Origin: Eledone cirrhosa
Lineage: Eukaryota
Length of the DNA: 64,000 nucleotides
Assembly (NCBI GenBank): GCA_964016885.1
Contig: OZ024742.1
Location: forward strand, 71,858,001-71,922,000
Reading direction: 5' to 3'
Positions 1 to 12,375 of the stretch are shown here, piece by piece. Position 1 is the stretch's first letter. Each line of letters begins with the position of its first letter. Made by a program: the position numbers and the translations under genes. The notes beneath the pieces were generated by a model, which ran no database searches, was not told the DNA's origin, and saw nothing but the letters and a program-made list of their open reading frames with translations.

Positions 1-1195
1 GGCTATTTATTTACCAGGCTAAAAATTATTATTTAGTCCAGAATTAGCCGTCGAAACAGCTTGAGCTCTGCCGTCGGGGTCATATTTGTTCCTATTACCC
101 ACTCTACTACCCTAAGCATACTTTGGTGCGTTCCTTACCACATTTCCTTTGTTATATATATATATATATATGCATACACATAATGTGAGAGAGATAGAAG
201 CTGATAACTGACATTGAGACCACCAATATTTTGACGTGTTTTACTTCGCAAGATACTTTTCTTCCTTTGATTGTCTTACTGGAATGGTAAGATGTTCTTC
301 ATAATTTCCATAAATAGTACTATGACTTTACAATTTTACTCCTCATTGCATACTCCGAAAATGATTTTTAAAACATGGGGGTCCATCTGTGTAAAATAGG
401 AATTAAAGGGGTCCATAGGTAAAAAATGTCAAAAACCGCTGTGTTAGATGAAAACTTCAGTATACTGGTGAGCCAGTAGTACTTAGTGTATGTTATAATG
501 CAGTAGTAGAGACAGAAGAGGATATAGTATACCACATCCATTTCCATGTCACAGTACTCTTCTTAATGTTAGAAGTATTTTATACATTTATTTTGTTTTC
601 ATATTCCTTAACCTTTTGAATGCAATAATTTACAAGAAAGCTTCTTTCAATTAAAGTTATACTTTGAAGAAATCATCCTTCTTCCAAATACACAAAGTTA
701 AAACTGCAGAAATAAATTATGAAACTTTATTTCCAGATTATTTATTGTAATCTTAATTCAAAGACACTATAGTTCACCAGTTATAAAACACCACATACCA
801 GAGTCAACTGTTCATAACATCAAAATAGTGACAAATGTCTGTGTAACCAGACTGAGTAATAAGGTTAATCCAAAGTAAATCAGTGGCAAATTAAATGGTA
901 AATTATTATAAAACTTCATTTTTTATTTACACTTAACTATCTACCAAATAAATGGTAACATTGACACATGTAAATCTCCATTCAGTTTCATTACCATGTT
1001 GTGGAACATTCTGTAATGAAAGTTAAAGAAAATCTCCAGCTCATGTTTTTCTGAGATAAAACAATAAATTTATTATATTTTGAAAAAAGGGCTTTCTCAA
1101 TTTTCTGTCTTGTTATGGAAATATTCATTATATCAACAGTCACATGAGAGGCATTCCATTGTGGTTTCATGAAGTAATAATTTGGACAAATTCTT

Positions 1196-2539
1196 CTAAT
1201 TCTCTTGTTTTATTGGTTCAATTTCATGTACCTTTTGCTTGTGATTAGTTAAAATCTTCTTCTTAGTATAACTTTTACCACAGATATCACAATGATATGG
1301 TTTTACACCTGTATGAGTAAATTTGTGACGATTTAAACTCTGAATAATAGCAAATGATTTGCCACAAATATCACAACAGTATGGTTTCTCACCTGTGTGA
1401 ACAGGTTTATGACGAGTTAAATTCTGATTATCAGCATATGATTTACCACAAATATCACAATGGTATGGTCTTACACCAGTGTGAATTCGTATATGGATTG
1501 TTAAATGACCTTTCTGAGAGAATGATTTGCCACAGATATCACAGTGGTATGGATTATCTCCTGTATGAATACGTACATGTTGAGTTAAATGAGAATTCTG
1601 AGAGAATGTTTTACCACAAATATCACAGCGGTATGGTTTCTCACCAGTGTGCATACGAATGTGTGTAGTTAGTTTATCACTATTAGAAAATCTTTTCCCA
1701 CAGACATCACAGGGGTATGGTTTATCTCCAGTGTGAAGTTGTTTGTGACGAGTTAACTTATTATATTCAGAGAAAGTTTCTCCACAGATATCACAATGAT
1801 ATGGTTTCTCACCAGTGTGAATACGTCTATGTATAGTCATACCACCTCTCCCAGAGAATGCTTTCCCACAGATATCACAATGGTATGGTTTTTCAATGGC
1901 ATGAGTGTATTTGTGTCTTTTCAAATAAGAACTTCGGGCAAATGTTCTACCACAAACACCACACTGATATGGTTTCTCTTCAGTGTGAATATGCATGTGA
2001 TCAGTTAAACTATCACGTAGAGAGAATGTTTTGCCACAGATATCACAATGATGTGGTTTCTCACCTGTGTGAGTATATTTGTGTCTACTTAAATTTCCAA
2101 ATTGAGTGAATCCTCTCCCACAAATATCACAGTGGTATGGTTTTTCATCAGAATGAATACGCTTATGAGTATTCAAAGAACTTCTCTGAGTGAAAGTTTT
2201 GTTACAGATATTGCAGCTGTAGGCTTTCTTGTTTTTTTTATTACATCTGTGTTTAGTTAAATGAGAACTCTGAGAGAGTACTTTACCACATTCTATATCC
2301 TTTTGATCTGAATGAATACCTTTAGAAATAGAATAGTTTTTGGCAGCTATTTTATTGTCTTTTTTAGAATATTTCAGTTTTAAACTTGTAAGAAGTACAT
2401 TATATTGTGTGAATGTCTTCTTATGTATGTCAAAGTGGTATGATTTCTTCTGTGTATCTCCATATGTATCATGAGATATGTCACTAGGTTCTGACTTTAT
2501 CTCATCACAAACCAGACGTTTGCACAGTTTATCCTCCAT
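1196..2539 (-). CDS. Poly-C2H2 zinc-finger protein (paralog A), 12 intact fingers plus degenerate N-terminal fingers
   Basis: 447-aa ORF with repeated CxxC-x12-HxxxH units and TGEKPY-type linkers. No KRAB/SCAN/BTB domain recognisable. Ends HEIEPIKQEN. Confidence 0.93.
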   Translation of the reverse strand: MEDKLCKRLVCDEIKSEPSDISHDTYGDTQKKSYHFDIHKKTFTQYNVLLTSLKLKYSKKDNKIAAKNYSISKGIHSDQKDIECGKVLSQSSHLTKHRCNKKNKKAYSCNICNKTFTQRSSLNTHKRIHSDEKPYHCDICGRGFTQFGNLSRHKYTHTGEKPHHCDICGKTFSLRDSLTDHMHIHTEEKPYQCGVCGRTFARSSYLKRHKYTHAIEKPYHCDICGKAFSGRGGMTIHRRIHTGEKPYHCDICGETFSEYNKLTRHKQLHTGDKPYPCDVCGKRFSNSDKLTTHIRMHTGEKPYRCDICGKTFSQNSHLTQHVRIHTGDNPYHCDICGKSFSQKGHLTIHIRIHTGVRPYHCDICGKSYADNQNLTRHKPVHTGEKPYCCDICGKSFAIIQSLNRHKFTHTGVKPYHCDICGKSYTKKKILTNHKQKVHEIEPIKQEN

Positions 2540-3004
2540 AATCTTCTTATAAATATTCTAAAAACATCTGTTATTTTAAAATGCTTAATTTAATAAAATA
2601 AATTCTCTGAAACTTCCCAATAAATACTGAAGTTTCAATATATTTCCTATAATATTAGACAAAATCTGTAAGTATGTCAGTTACAAAGAAACAGTTTCAA
2701 GATATTTTATTATGACAGCTTCTCTTCCTAGGATTCAATCTTAGAATCAACAATCAATATTTAAACTGACTTCAGTTCTCAAGATATATCCAGGTATGAA
2801 AAACATTACATATAAACTAACTGAAATTTAATTTCAAATGTTTCTATTATAATCTTTCTATCACCTCAATTTAAATTTCACACCAACTTAATCAAGGTTA
2901 TAGAGAACAGTTACTTGTGTTCTTGATCATGTCAGTCTTCTGGTTTCAATATGACAAATTCCTTGATATATCTCGAATCAACCATCAAAATGTTACCATA
3001 AACC

Positions 3005-3020
3005 CTGTAATAAGAAAATA
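3005..3020 (-). promoter_or_regulatory. Probable splice acceptor of the coding exon of paralog A
   Basis: Minus strand reads TTTTCTTATTACAG|GGTTTATGG. The same CAG|GGTTTATGG context occurs upstream of paralogs B (40668) and C (49540). Confidence 0.6.
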
Positions 3021-3200
3021 TAAGGTAGAAAGGACAATGTACAGTTAACATAAAGGTTATTAGAGTGAAGTGAGTAGAGACATTGAATGGTAGATTAAGA
3101 AAGAAAACTATGAAAATAAATACAGTATGGTCATATATAACTTCAAATATTTAAGTATCTGGCTATCCTCACATTGTATGGTTCCTAGTTAAATTTTAAT

Positions 3201-3303
3201 TGTTTCTACGTTAGGCACAAGGCCAGCAAATCACCAGTGTATTACTGGTACTTTATTTTATCGACCCCGTAAGGATGAAAGGCAAAGTTAACCTCGGCGG
3301 GAT
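3201..3303 (-). mobile_element. 5'-truncated SINE (family 1) with 15-bp target-site duplication (TSD)
   Basis: Core GCCTTTCATCCTTACGGGGTCGATAAAATAAAGTACCAG...GTAGAAACAATTA, with other copies at ~8465, 10703, 18705, 21704, 44665, 54735. TSD TAGTTAAATTTTAAT at 3186-3200 and 3304-3318. Confidence 0.85.
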
Positions 3304-3459
3304 TAGTTAAATTTTAATAATTAGTAGTTCATAATAAACAAGATAACTAATTTTACTTGTGACTATGTTTCAATTTTCACTGACATTATTGCTATAAATT
3401 ACTAATTATTTAAATTTAAATAATAAAGATGTTTCTGAAACAATTATTCACTTTTGTGA

Positions 3460-3775
3460 GAGACCCTTAATATGTATCTGCATTGTCATTCTCATGAGTG
3501 AAGGATGTGAAACAGGTTATGTGAAACAGGACTTTCACCACATCTCCACTATTAAGATGGATGAAGGACCTGAAACATGTTGTTAGGGGATCTTAATATA
3601 TGTGCCTCGTGTCATTAAGAGGAATGAATGACATGAAATGATATGTTAGGGGCCCTTAATATATATGCCAAGTATCATTCAGATTGATAAAGGATGTGAA
3701 TCAGTTTATGTTAAGAACCCTTAACATATTTTACCAGTGTCATTCCTAAGTTTGTAGGCTGTGAAACAGGTTTAT
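3460..3775. repeat. Diverged minisatellite, ~60-65-bp unit
   Basis: Recurring CCCTTAATAT..GTCATT..GAAGGATGTGAAACAGG motifs, about 4-5 copies. Confidence 0.6.
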
Positions 3776-3940
3776 ATACATATTGATTATGTTTTCCTAT
3801 TGTTTGTAAACCCAAGCATGCACACACACACACAGAGGCAGACAGACACCTACATCTATGCCAACAATTGGAAGTTCAACGGTGATGTTACAAATACTCA
3901 CACATATATACACACACAGACATACAGAATTCACACATAC

Positions 3941-4210
3941 TCATCATCATCACCGTTTTACGTCCATTCTTCCATGCTAGCATGGGTTAGATGGGTTGTC
4001 CTGTTCTGGGCAGTGCCCTGTCGGCTGACTTTGTCTTACTCATACGGGAACTGATTCTAGCTTGATTTCTACAGCTGGATGCCTTCCTAACACCAACCTC
4101 ATTTACAGTGAGTGGTGGGTGCTTTTTTCCCGTGGCGCCTACACATCCACTTTACAGTGTGGGCTGGGTGCTTTTTTGCCGTGGCACCTCCACGACCACT
4201 TTGCGGTGGG
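3941..4210 (-). mobile_element. SINE family 2 (RTE-like 3' end, (GAT)n tail, internal ~42-bp repeats)
   Basis: Shares CCATGCTAGCATGG, GGATGCC(C)TTCCTAACACCAACC and CACTTTACAGTGTGGGCTGGGTGC with copies at ~25955, 28945, 42215, 42480, 42940, 49910, 53870, 62160. Confidence 0.75.
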
Positions 4211-4371
4211 AGGGGGTTGGGGCATATTGTCTATATGCTTCAGCTTCGGCTTGTACCCATGGGAAGTTGCGTCTTCTGTATTACTGCATGATGCCAGAGG
4301 TCACGGTCCTGTGTCATCGCCTTTGAGAGGTGCAATTGGGTAAGGTCAGCTTTTCATATATATATATATAA

Positions 4372-4690
4372 GGAATGATAAAGTAGATAGAGCCATAAAA
4401 ACAAAAAGACAAGCCTGGAGAGACTGGAGGAAAGGCAGAGACAGGGAGGAATACCAAACAGCTAGAAGAGAGGCGAGAGACCAGGTATACCTAGGAAAAG
4501 CAGAGACAGATGGGAAGAAGTTTGCTCATGTTCTGTGCCACGAAGATCAGAGGTGTGAAGTGTTTCGGATTGTGAGACAGTATGCTAGAGAAAATTGTGA
4601 TGTGATTGGTGAAGTGTGTTTGAAATGATAGTGGAACACTTGCTTTGTCTGATGCCGAGAAGAAGGAAGCATGGAAGATTTACAAGGAGA
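4372..4690 (+). mobile_element. Decayed RTE LINE fragment, same family as 30020-32485
   Basis: Resembles 30410-30700 (DRAIKTKRQAWRDWRKG.. and FAHVL.. segments), with stops and frameshifts. Confidence 0.65.
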
Positions 4691-5764
4691 GGCTTTGTTT
4701 ATTTTGCAAGGTTTCTTTGGCTAGATGCCATTTCTAACACCAACCACTTTACAGCATCACATACACCTATAACGTCATACGTATCTCCCCACTTCCCAGA
4801 GCAAAGAAAACTCGTCAGTTGGGACTATGACCCAATACACGTTGTAAAGTGGTTGGTAATAGGAAGGACATCTAGCCATAGAAAACTTGCCAAACAAAGA
4901 GTTGAAAGCACCCTTCAGTTTGTGACAAAAGACATGACAACCTCTCCTGTGCACTTGAAAGAATGTAAGATCATACATAAGCAATATGCAGACCACTTAG
5001 CATGTCTGGAAGGTCGGTAGCCCTGGTTCAGTACCGACTTTGTCTACGTAGACCCATCCAATTCTTGCTAGCTGGGAAAGGGGAAGTTAAACGATGATGA
5101 TGATGAAAATATATACGCGTGGGAAATGGACATGAAATATTGATAATGATGATGATAATGAAGTAGGAGGCAATAGGGTTATACTTCAGCCCATTTTATT
5201 TATTATGTAATAGATGTTATATGTATTTCCATGGTATTTGTTATGTAATTTTAAACCTTCAGATAAAATTTCATCAGATAGCTCTTATCTGTATAAATCT
5301 TAGAAATGAAATTCGTTGATATACCAACGAGGAGGTTTTCAGTGTTGATTCTCTCTCGCCTGGTATCGACATTTGTGACCGCAAAACTAATTCCTGATTG
5401 ATTAACATGTCATACTTTATCATATATATGATAACGTTATATCTGTATAAATACAGAGTGTGTGACCGAGACTACATTAACGTGTATAAATATATACACA
5501 TATCTAATAAGTAGGCCTCATTTAATATATGGATCTTCATCAGAAGATGTGTATATCATCTACAAGGAAACCTGTATTTGATGGGTATATATACTAATTC
5601 GCTCTTAGTATTATTCTGAAATGGGCATACTAATTTGCAAATGATTAATGCTCATGTTGATAATTAATTAAGATATATAATGAGAAGTGCATAATAAATT
5701 ATATTTGTATAAATACTGTGTATAACCAGGACTGCCTCAACGTGTATAAATATATAAATGTATA

Positions 5765-6076
5765 AACAGCACAGTTCCCATGACTTTCGGAAACAATTTT
5801 TCACGCTCAGAGTTGCTGAAGCATGGAACAAACTACCTGCATCAGTTGTTAGCTGTCGAGACACTGCATCCTTTAAAACCTCCATGCTTCCCGAGATTCG
5901 CCAACACTACTCCTAATGTTCCCCCTCCATACACATACACACATGTATATCATGACTTATACACTATTCACTTCCCTGACATTTGTATATTATTCTATGT
6001 ACTATACATGCACCTTTGACGAGCTGTAGTGCACCTGAGCACTTTACACAATAATTTCATTATTATTATTATTATT
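5765..6076 (+). mobile_element. CR1-clade LINE 3' end with (TTA)n tail
   Basis: Encodes FFTLRVAEAWNKLPASVV..FK, a typical CR1 ORF2 C-terminus. Second copy inverted at 54925-55260. Confidence 0.8.
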
Positions 6077-7231
6077 GCAGGCGGTCCATCTGCTGTCAAC
6101 ACCCGCTACATGGAGGGCTGGGCATGCCGTGGCTGATGATGCGCAGACACGCGCTCAGGCTATGACATCTCCACCTCTTCCTCGACGGTGATCAGGTGTG
6201 GTCGCCGTTTGCTAGACACGTCTTTCCCCAGCTCGTCTCCTTGACGGAGCAGCAGTCCTGGGTCAAGTGAAGACCGAGAGGGAGCGCTTAGAGACTGGAA
6301 TGTCTTCAGGCGCTCACAGCCCTCGACCAATGTGATCGGTGGAAACTCCACCTTGGCGTTCTATAGAAGATTAGTGGAGGGGAAGAGCGACGACGTACTT
6401 GGAGAAACTCTAGGCGTCGACGAAAATCAACTAGCCAATCTCTTCGGAAGGACTTTCGGGCCGGGGCCTATGGACAACTTCCAGAAATCTCTGGCCTGGC
6501 AGTGCTACCGAGGAGCTTTGCCAGTTCGGGATAAACTCTACAGGCATGGAGGTGCCGTCAGCCGGGCATGTCTGATGCGCACAGGGCGACGAAACCGTCC
6601 TGCACGCACTCGTCCAGTGTCCGAGCATTGCTGACTTGTGGGTTTATGTCGAACACCTGCTGTCACGTGTAGGACGGATCCGGCTATCAGCTGAGTCCAT
6701 CGTGAGGATTGCCCCGCCCTCTTCCTTTAGCCGGGAAGGGGAGCAAGTTTTTATCTGTCTGGTGGCCATGGCGAAAGAGATAGTATGGTGGCCACGTTTG
6801 AAAGGGCTGAAGACGAGCACTTACCTCTTCGGTGATGCCCTGATTAACTTTTTCAAATTTCATTTGAAAAGGAAAATTAGGGTAGAGAGGGAAGTGCTCT
6901 CTTCCCAGCATTTTGTTGAAAGATGGGTGAGAGAAGCAAGTATGGCCCGAGTGAATGGGCCTACTCTGAGTATGTATCTGTAAATTAAAGGTGGAAAACT
7001 GGGAAAGGGCACTTGCCCTGGTGGTCAGGGTCACTGTGGCCTTTTTAATGGGCTTTCTCCACAAATGTCCCTCGGAAGTCTCCCCCCTATTGGGGAATCT
7101 TTCATTGTTATTTTTTTATTACATCCTCTGTTTTTTTTTACACGCAGAAATGCCCATTTGTACCGTCCTGTATTGTCCTGTACTGTCCCTAATGTCTACT
7201 TTATGTAAACCCTTGTGGTTAATAAAGAAAG

Positions 7232-7232
<1 letters not shown>
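6077..7232 (+). mobile_element. L1/Tx1-clade LINE 3' fragment
   Basis: Encodes AWQCYRGALPVRDKL..C and, after a frameshift, ETVLHALVQC (zf-RVT/CCHC-like), then a 3'UTR with AATAAA. (TTA)n on both sides. Confidence 0.75.
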
Positions 7233-7267
<35 letters not shown>

Positions 7268-7683
7268 CACATATCTAATTTGGAAGCATGAAATCATATA
7301 TATACCAACATACACCATCATATCCGCGTGCACATAAGTCAGAGAAGAAAGTCAATTGTTCTCCCAAATTTGTGTAGAGCAAAAAGGAAAAAAAATCGAA
7401 CAGAGAAAACAAAAACAAAAAAATATCAATAAACATTTCTGACAAATTTTTCATACTTTTAAAAACACATTTCATTCAAGTGAACATAATTCAACATGTT
7501 GAACACAAAGGTAGTCCATCTCTCTCTTTATATATATATATCTTAATGATTTAAACGAGACCGTTACGTGACACTCGCTTAGCCCTAAGTGCGCGCGGTA
7601 GAGAATTTTAGCTTAAAAAAGTAAACATTTTGTTTGCCCGTCTATAGCTATCTATTTATGTATCTATCTTTGGTCAAGAACAA

Positions 7684-7992
7684 GAGAGGTGCTTGGCCAC
7701 AGGCAGTTTTATGAAAGGTGGGTGATAGTGGCGAGAATGGCTCGTGTAAATGGGCCTTCTCTGTATACCATCCTGTAGGTAAAGAAGTAAAGGAGAGGGG
7801 AGCACCTTCTCCATGTGCTCCCCGGGCAAAGGATTGCACACTTTTTCGGGGGTGTGTGCAACCCCCATCACGTCCCCTCCCTTTTGAGGTTATTTTCGAT
7901 TATTTTCATGTTACACCCTTTTTACTCGATTATATGTAAACTCCCCCTTTGTATTTGTCCCTTCTTTTTATGCCTTTATGGTAAATAAAGAA
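7684..7992 (+). mobile_element. Short 5'-truncated L1/Tx1 copy with 22-bp TSD
   Basis: REVLGHRQFYERWVIVARMARVNGPSL resembles REVLSSQHFVERWVREASMARVNGPTL at ~6890. TSD ATCTATCTTTGGTCAAGAACAA at 7662-7683 and 7993-8014. Confidence 0.8.
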
Positions 7993-8464
7993 ATCTATCT
8001 TTGGTCAAGAACAATGCACGAATCCCAATTGCAGATAGACATACATAGGTTGAACAAAGTCGTTGTAATTTAATGGATATGTGTTTGATAAAAGTGCAGA
8101 AAATCTGTATACCAACCTGTCTATATATTATCTACCTACCCAACTGTCTGCACCTATTTCTGTATATAGGGGTCTGAAGATGGACAGATTTATACATATG
8201 TATGGTAATTTAATGGTAATTTAATGGTTTTATCTTTAATATTGATTATAGAAAATGTGGAAGATAATCGTGATTTAAATGAATGTAAAATGAAATATGG
8301 CGAGGAAACTCGGGGAATCAAGCACCTTTACATAGAATGTTGTAATCAACAAATTATTAAATACTTTTTATTATAAATCCCATCATTTCGACGAGTATTA
8401 AATAGATATATATGACGAGGATGCGTACTGTCACCTCTCCAGGGCCAGACACCATGCTTTGCAG

Positions 8465-8608
8465 CATAGAGTTACGACTATTTATGATCTGGGTTCAAAT
8501 CCCACCGAGGTTAACTTTGCCTTTCATCTTTACGGGGTCGATAAAATAAAGTACCAGTAATACACTGGGTTAATTGCTGGCCTTGTGCCAAAAGTAGAAA
8601 CAATTATT
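8465..8608 (+). mobile_element. SINE family 1 (tRNA-derived head)
   Basis: B-box-like GGTTCAAATCC followed by the family-1 core and the GTAGAAACAATTA end. Confidence 0.8.
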
Positions 8609-8654
8609 TACATGAGCAAGATTGACATGCGCAGCCAGACTGGAAGTGGTATCA

Positions 8655-9400
8655 TGACTGGCGGGTGTCAAATCAGTCGGCTGGAATTTGCAGACGACAT
8701 GGTGTTACTCAACGCAACAAAGGACGATCTTCGACTTGCACTTGATAGGTTTGATGCTGAATGCTGCATGGCTGGATTAAAAATCAGTACTGCGAAAACT
8801 GAGACACTCGCTCCCTCAAGGAAGCCTGCACCGTGCACGCTACATGTGAATGGAGTTCCACTGAAGCAGGTAGAGTTCAAGTATCTCACGGCCGTGTTCA
8901 CGAGTGATGGAAGACAGGAGGCTGAATTACGTGCAAGAAGTGCAAAAGCTGGTGCAGAAATGCGCCAGATTCAGTATTCATTAATCAGAAGAAGGGAGGT
9001 AGGCGTGCCAACCCTTACGTATGGTCATAAATCTTGGGTAATGACTGAAAGAATATGATCGCGAATACAAGCGGCCGAAATGGGATTCCTCCGAAGGGTC
9101 TTTGGAGTAACGTTACTCGATAAAGTGCGTAGCTCGGAGATCAGAGAGTCACTCCAGGTAGATCCGCCACTTCTCCGAATTGAGAGATCACAGCTCCAAT
9201 ACTATGGACATGTGGTTAGAATATCTCAGGAAAGAATCGGTGGACAGATTTTACGGGCAAAACTAACGGGTAGGATAACATTCATGAGCTTGGCTGGTCA
9301 CGTATGGGGATCCAACCGGATCAGTTGGAGACAGATGCTTCTGACTGGACCCGCCAGAGGGAGTGTTTGAGGACTCTTCCCCCACGACCCTCACAGAAAA
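8655..9400 (+). mobile_element. RTE-clade LINE 3' fragment
   Basis: Encodes LEFADDMVLL (RT motif), GLKISTAKTE, FKYL, LTYGHKSW, MGFLRR, LQYYGHV. Broken by a stop and deletions. Confidence 0.8.
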
Positions 9401-9755
9401 AAAAAAAATATATATATATATATATACGCAATGCAAAGGCGTATATAGAAACACACTTAGTGACATGGTCAAATGAAAACTCTGCATGTCCAAAAAACTC
9501 ATTAAAAACTGATTCGGTTGAAATGAGACTTAGCTGACAAAAAGAGAATAAAAATGGAATGGAAGATTGGGACAATATGTCACAATTAATAACAAATACT
9601 TTGATTTCACCATAAATTCAACATTATTGATGTTTACTTTTCAAGAGATTAAAGCTGCCTGAAAAGAACAGTTCACGATCAATATATGCTGTGGGTTGTT
9701 GTTACAGGAAAGGTGTTACTAGAAACAATGAAATGTGACATTTAACAACAGATGA

Positions 9756-9910
9756 ACTTACTGTGTATTTTTCTTACTATTTAGTGAAATAATGTTGAGA
9801 GATAAACAAAAATTCTCATCCAACTTTCTTTAATTAACGTAAGAGATAAACCAACTATAGTTTTATAACAAAGCTACTTAATGTTTCATAAGTCGTGCTT
9901 TCGTAGAACG
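9756..9910 (-). promoter_or_regulatory. Putative non-coding first exon and splice donor of ZNF paralog A
   Basis: Minus-strand GTAAGT at 9756-9761. The block 9460-9910 is homologous to 45787-46115 upstream of paralog B, which has GTAAGT at the equivalent position. Confidence 0.5.
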
Positions 9911-10157
9911 AACTTCGCTAGAAAGCATTAATAATATATATTCATCTATATGTAAAACAAAATAAAAGACAAGAAAATGAAAGACATTTTACGAACGCAA
10001 ACTTGTGCTTGTTAGTGCAAAAAATTTATTTACATAAATTATCAAAAGATTAACAATTTTAGTAAGAAAGTAACAAAAGAAAAGAAAACAAGTGGGAGAC
10101 ATGCACATAAATTATACGCTACAGCTAGCGAAGCACTGGAGTCTCCCTTTAATAATT

Positions 10158-10660
10158 ACTAACAGAGGTACCCGGCGTTGCTCGGGTATTAAATAGCAGT
10201 TATGTATACCATTTATGTCAATACTTCAGTGTTGCTTCGAAAACTATACTTTTACAAAATCATCGGCTTTTTCCAAAAGGGGGTTCCTGCCCCCAGGGGT
10301 CCCCTACTCAATATGTGCCAATTCTGAGAGTTCACATTCATCTGTAGAACAAACTTAGCCCATGTGTCAAGTTTTGTGAAAATCGGTTGCGAACTCCAGA
10401 AGTTATGGCGTTTTGTTGCATTGCACTGCAGTGCTTTAAAGGGGGTTATCTGCCGGGAGGCCCTATAATCAATATCTGGAAAAATGAAAGTACCCATGAC
10501 CATCCGGAGTACATAAGTAACCTATGTCTTAAGTTTGGTGGAAATACTGTAGAAATACATAAGGTTTACACACACACACGCGTGTGTGTGTGTGTGTGTG
10601 TGTTTGTGAGTGTGTATGTATTTGTGTGTGCGTATGTATGTGTATGTCCGTCGGCGCATA
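10158..10660 (-). mobile_element. Non-autonomous Helitron-like element
   Basis: Minus-strand end CCCGAGCAACGCCGGG..TTAG-T (3' hairpin plus a CTAG variant), similar to the end at 23412-23440. Microsatellite-rich 5' part. Confidence 0.5.
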
Positions 10661-10702
10661 CGTATGTACTGGCCTAATTCTTCACTATTTTAAGGCAAAG
10701 TT

Positions 10703-10812
10703 AAAATCCCGTCGAGGTTAACTTTGCCTTTTATCATTACGGGATCGATAAAATAAAGTACCAGTAATGTACTGAGTAATTGCTGGACTTGTGCCAAAAG
10801 TAGAAACAACTA
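10703..10812 (+). mobile_element. SINE family 1
   Basis: Family-1 core and GCCAAAAGTAGAAACAA end. Confidence 0.8.
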
Positions 10813-11762
10813 TTTTAATAACTTCTGTCATTTTCGTTTACAATTTTATTTACATCATTCTTAAACTCCGGGGCTGGAAATCATTCGGTTATTTTAAATA
10901 GAATATTAGTCTAACGACTCCATTTACACCATAAACTTGGTCTTGTCTTTGCATTAAATTGTTCTTCTTGTTCCACATAATGACGTATTATCCTTGCTTT
11001 TTTCCGTTCATTGCCAAGGAGCGTCTTCACGAAACAAAATATCGTCTTCCTGTTTTCCTTCGGTTGCAACGTTTTTCGAAACATTTAATTCTGCGTTCAC
11101 AGATTAAATTTTTTAGTTTCAGAAGATCCCGTTAATGTTGAAAGCAGCGATTCTTTGCTTAAACTTTCTTTCTTTCTCAACCCCTCTCCCTTTTTACTCA
11201 TACCCCCTCTCTCTCTTAGAGAGAGTTGCAACATATATGTAGTTTCATAGATGTTTGAGGGTAGTGAGAATGAAAATATAAACAGAGCATATAAATAAAT
11301 TTATAGTAGAATAACATAACAAATATGTTTTAAATATATACATAAATAGCATTAGAAATGCCTCGGTAACACTACAAAGGATGATATAATGAAAGATATA
11401 TTCCTTCAATGCTACAATATTAAAGAAAATGTAAAGGAAGAAGTGAACAACGGAGTCAACACCAGAGCAAAAGACAGCAACGTCGCGAGTACTGGGCAAT
11501 CTCTCTAATGATTTTTCAGGCAAGCCTACACACTCGCAGCGTTGCCTCGGGTGGTGGCGAGGCTGATGCACTGAAATATTGTTTTAAAAGACTTTTTAAT
11601 GGAAATGAAGCAAAATGGAAGCTTAATGTTGAAACTTCGAACTCATGAATTTTGTAGGTTAAAATTTTGCTGGCCCGAAAACTGTTCGTGTGTTTTTGTA
11701 CGCGTAGTTTGTTCGTAACGTAAATAGATAAACAAATGACGTGTGCCAAAAGTAGAAATCTA

Positions 11763-11941
11763 CTGTCTCTTTCTTTCACTCCCACTCTCTCTCTACGCAC
11801 GTGTTTCCACTGTCAGACAGACAGAGAAATTGCTGGTTATATACATAAGTAGAACTTATGTATATAACCAGCAATTTCTCTGTCTGTCTGACAGTGGAAA
11901 CACGTGCGTAGAGAGAGAGTGGGAGTGAAAGAAAGAGACAG
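11763..11941. repeat. Perfect 88-bp inverted repeat with 3-nt loop
   Basis: 11763-11850 is the exact reverse complement of 11854-11941; loop AGA. Confidence 0.95.
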
Positions 11942-12195
11942 ACTACGAGAGGGGGATAGCGGGAGGGAGAGAGAGAGAGTGAATAGACGCTAAAACACGT
12001 GCTACAGAAATATTACCTTCCCCTTCCTTTCTCCACTTTGGTACTACCAAGAGAAACACTGTCGCTATAGAAACATTACCTTCCCCTCTCCACTGACTTT
12101 GGTCACTGAGGACGAGGGAATCGCTGGTTGCTATAGAGACACCTTGCACAAGCCAGAAGTAACCAGTTCGAGGCGGTTCTGACTTGACACCATGC

Positions 12196-12375
12196 GAAGA
12201 AGGTTGCCATTGAATTTGTGGTTTGAAGAAGGTTGCCATTGAATTTGTGGTTGTTGCTGCTGATAATAAGGACCATTTGAAGAAGGTTGCCATTGAATTT
12301 GTGGTTTGAAGAAGGTTGCCATTGAATTTGTGGTTGTTGCTGCTGATAATAAGGACCATTTGAAGAAGGTTGCTG
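12196..12375. repeat. Compound minisatellite, 83-bp period with 29-bp subunits
   Basis: GAAGAAGGTTGCCATTGAATTTGTGGTT x4, interleaved with GTTGCTGCTGATAATAAGGACCATTT x2. Confidence 0.9.

Noticed and set aside
1354-2109. Plus-strand ORFs with periodic motifs (also 37825-38681)
   Set aside because: Antisense shadows of the 84-bp zinc-finger repeats.
5215-5550. Minus-strand CTGATGA at ~5271 and ~5537
   Set aside because: No correctly placed GAAA after a stem II, and poor stem I.
8465-8520. tRNA-like A/B boxes (also 42750, 54760)
   Set aside because: SINE heads; no full cloverleaf seen.
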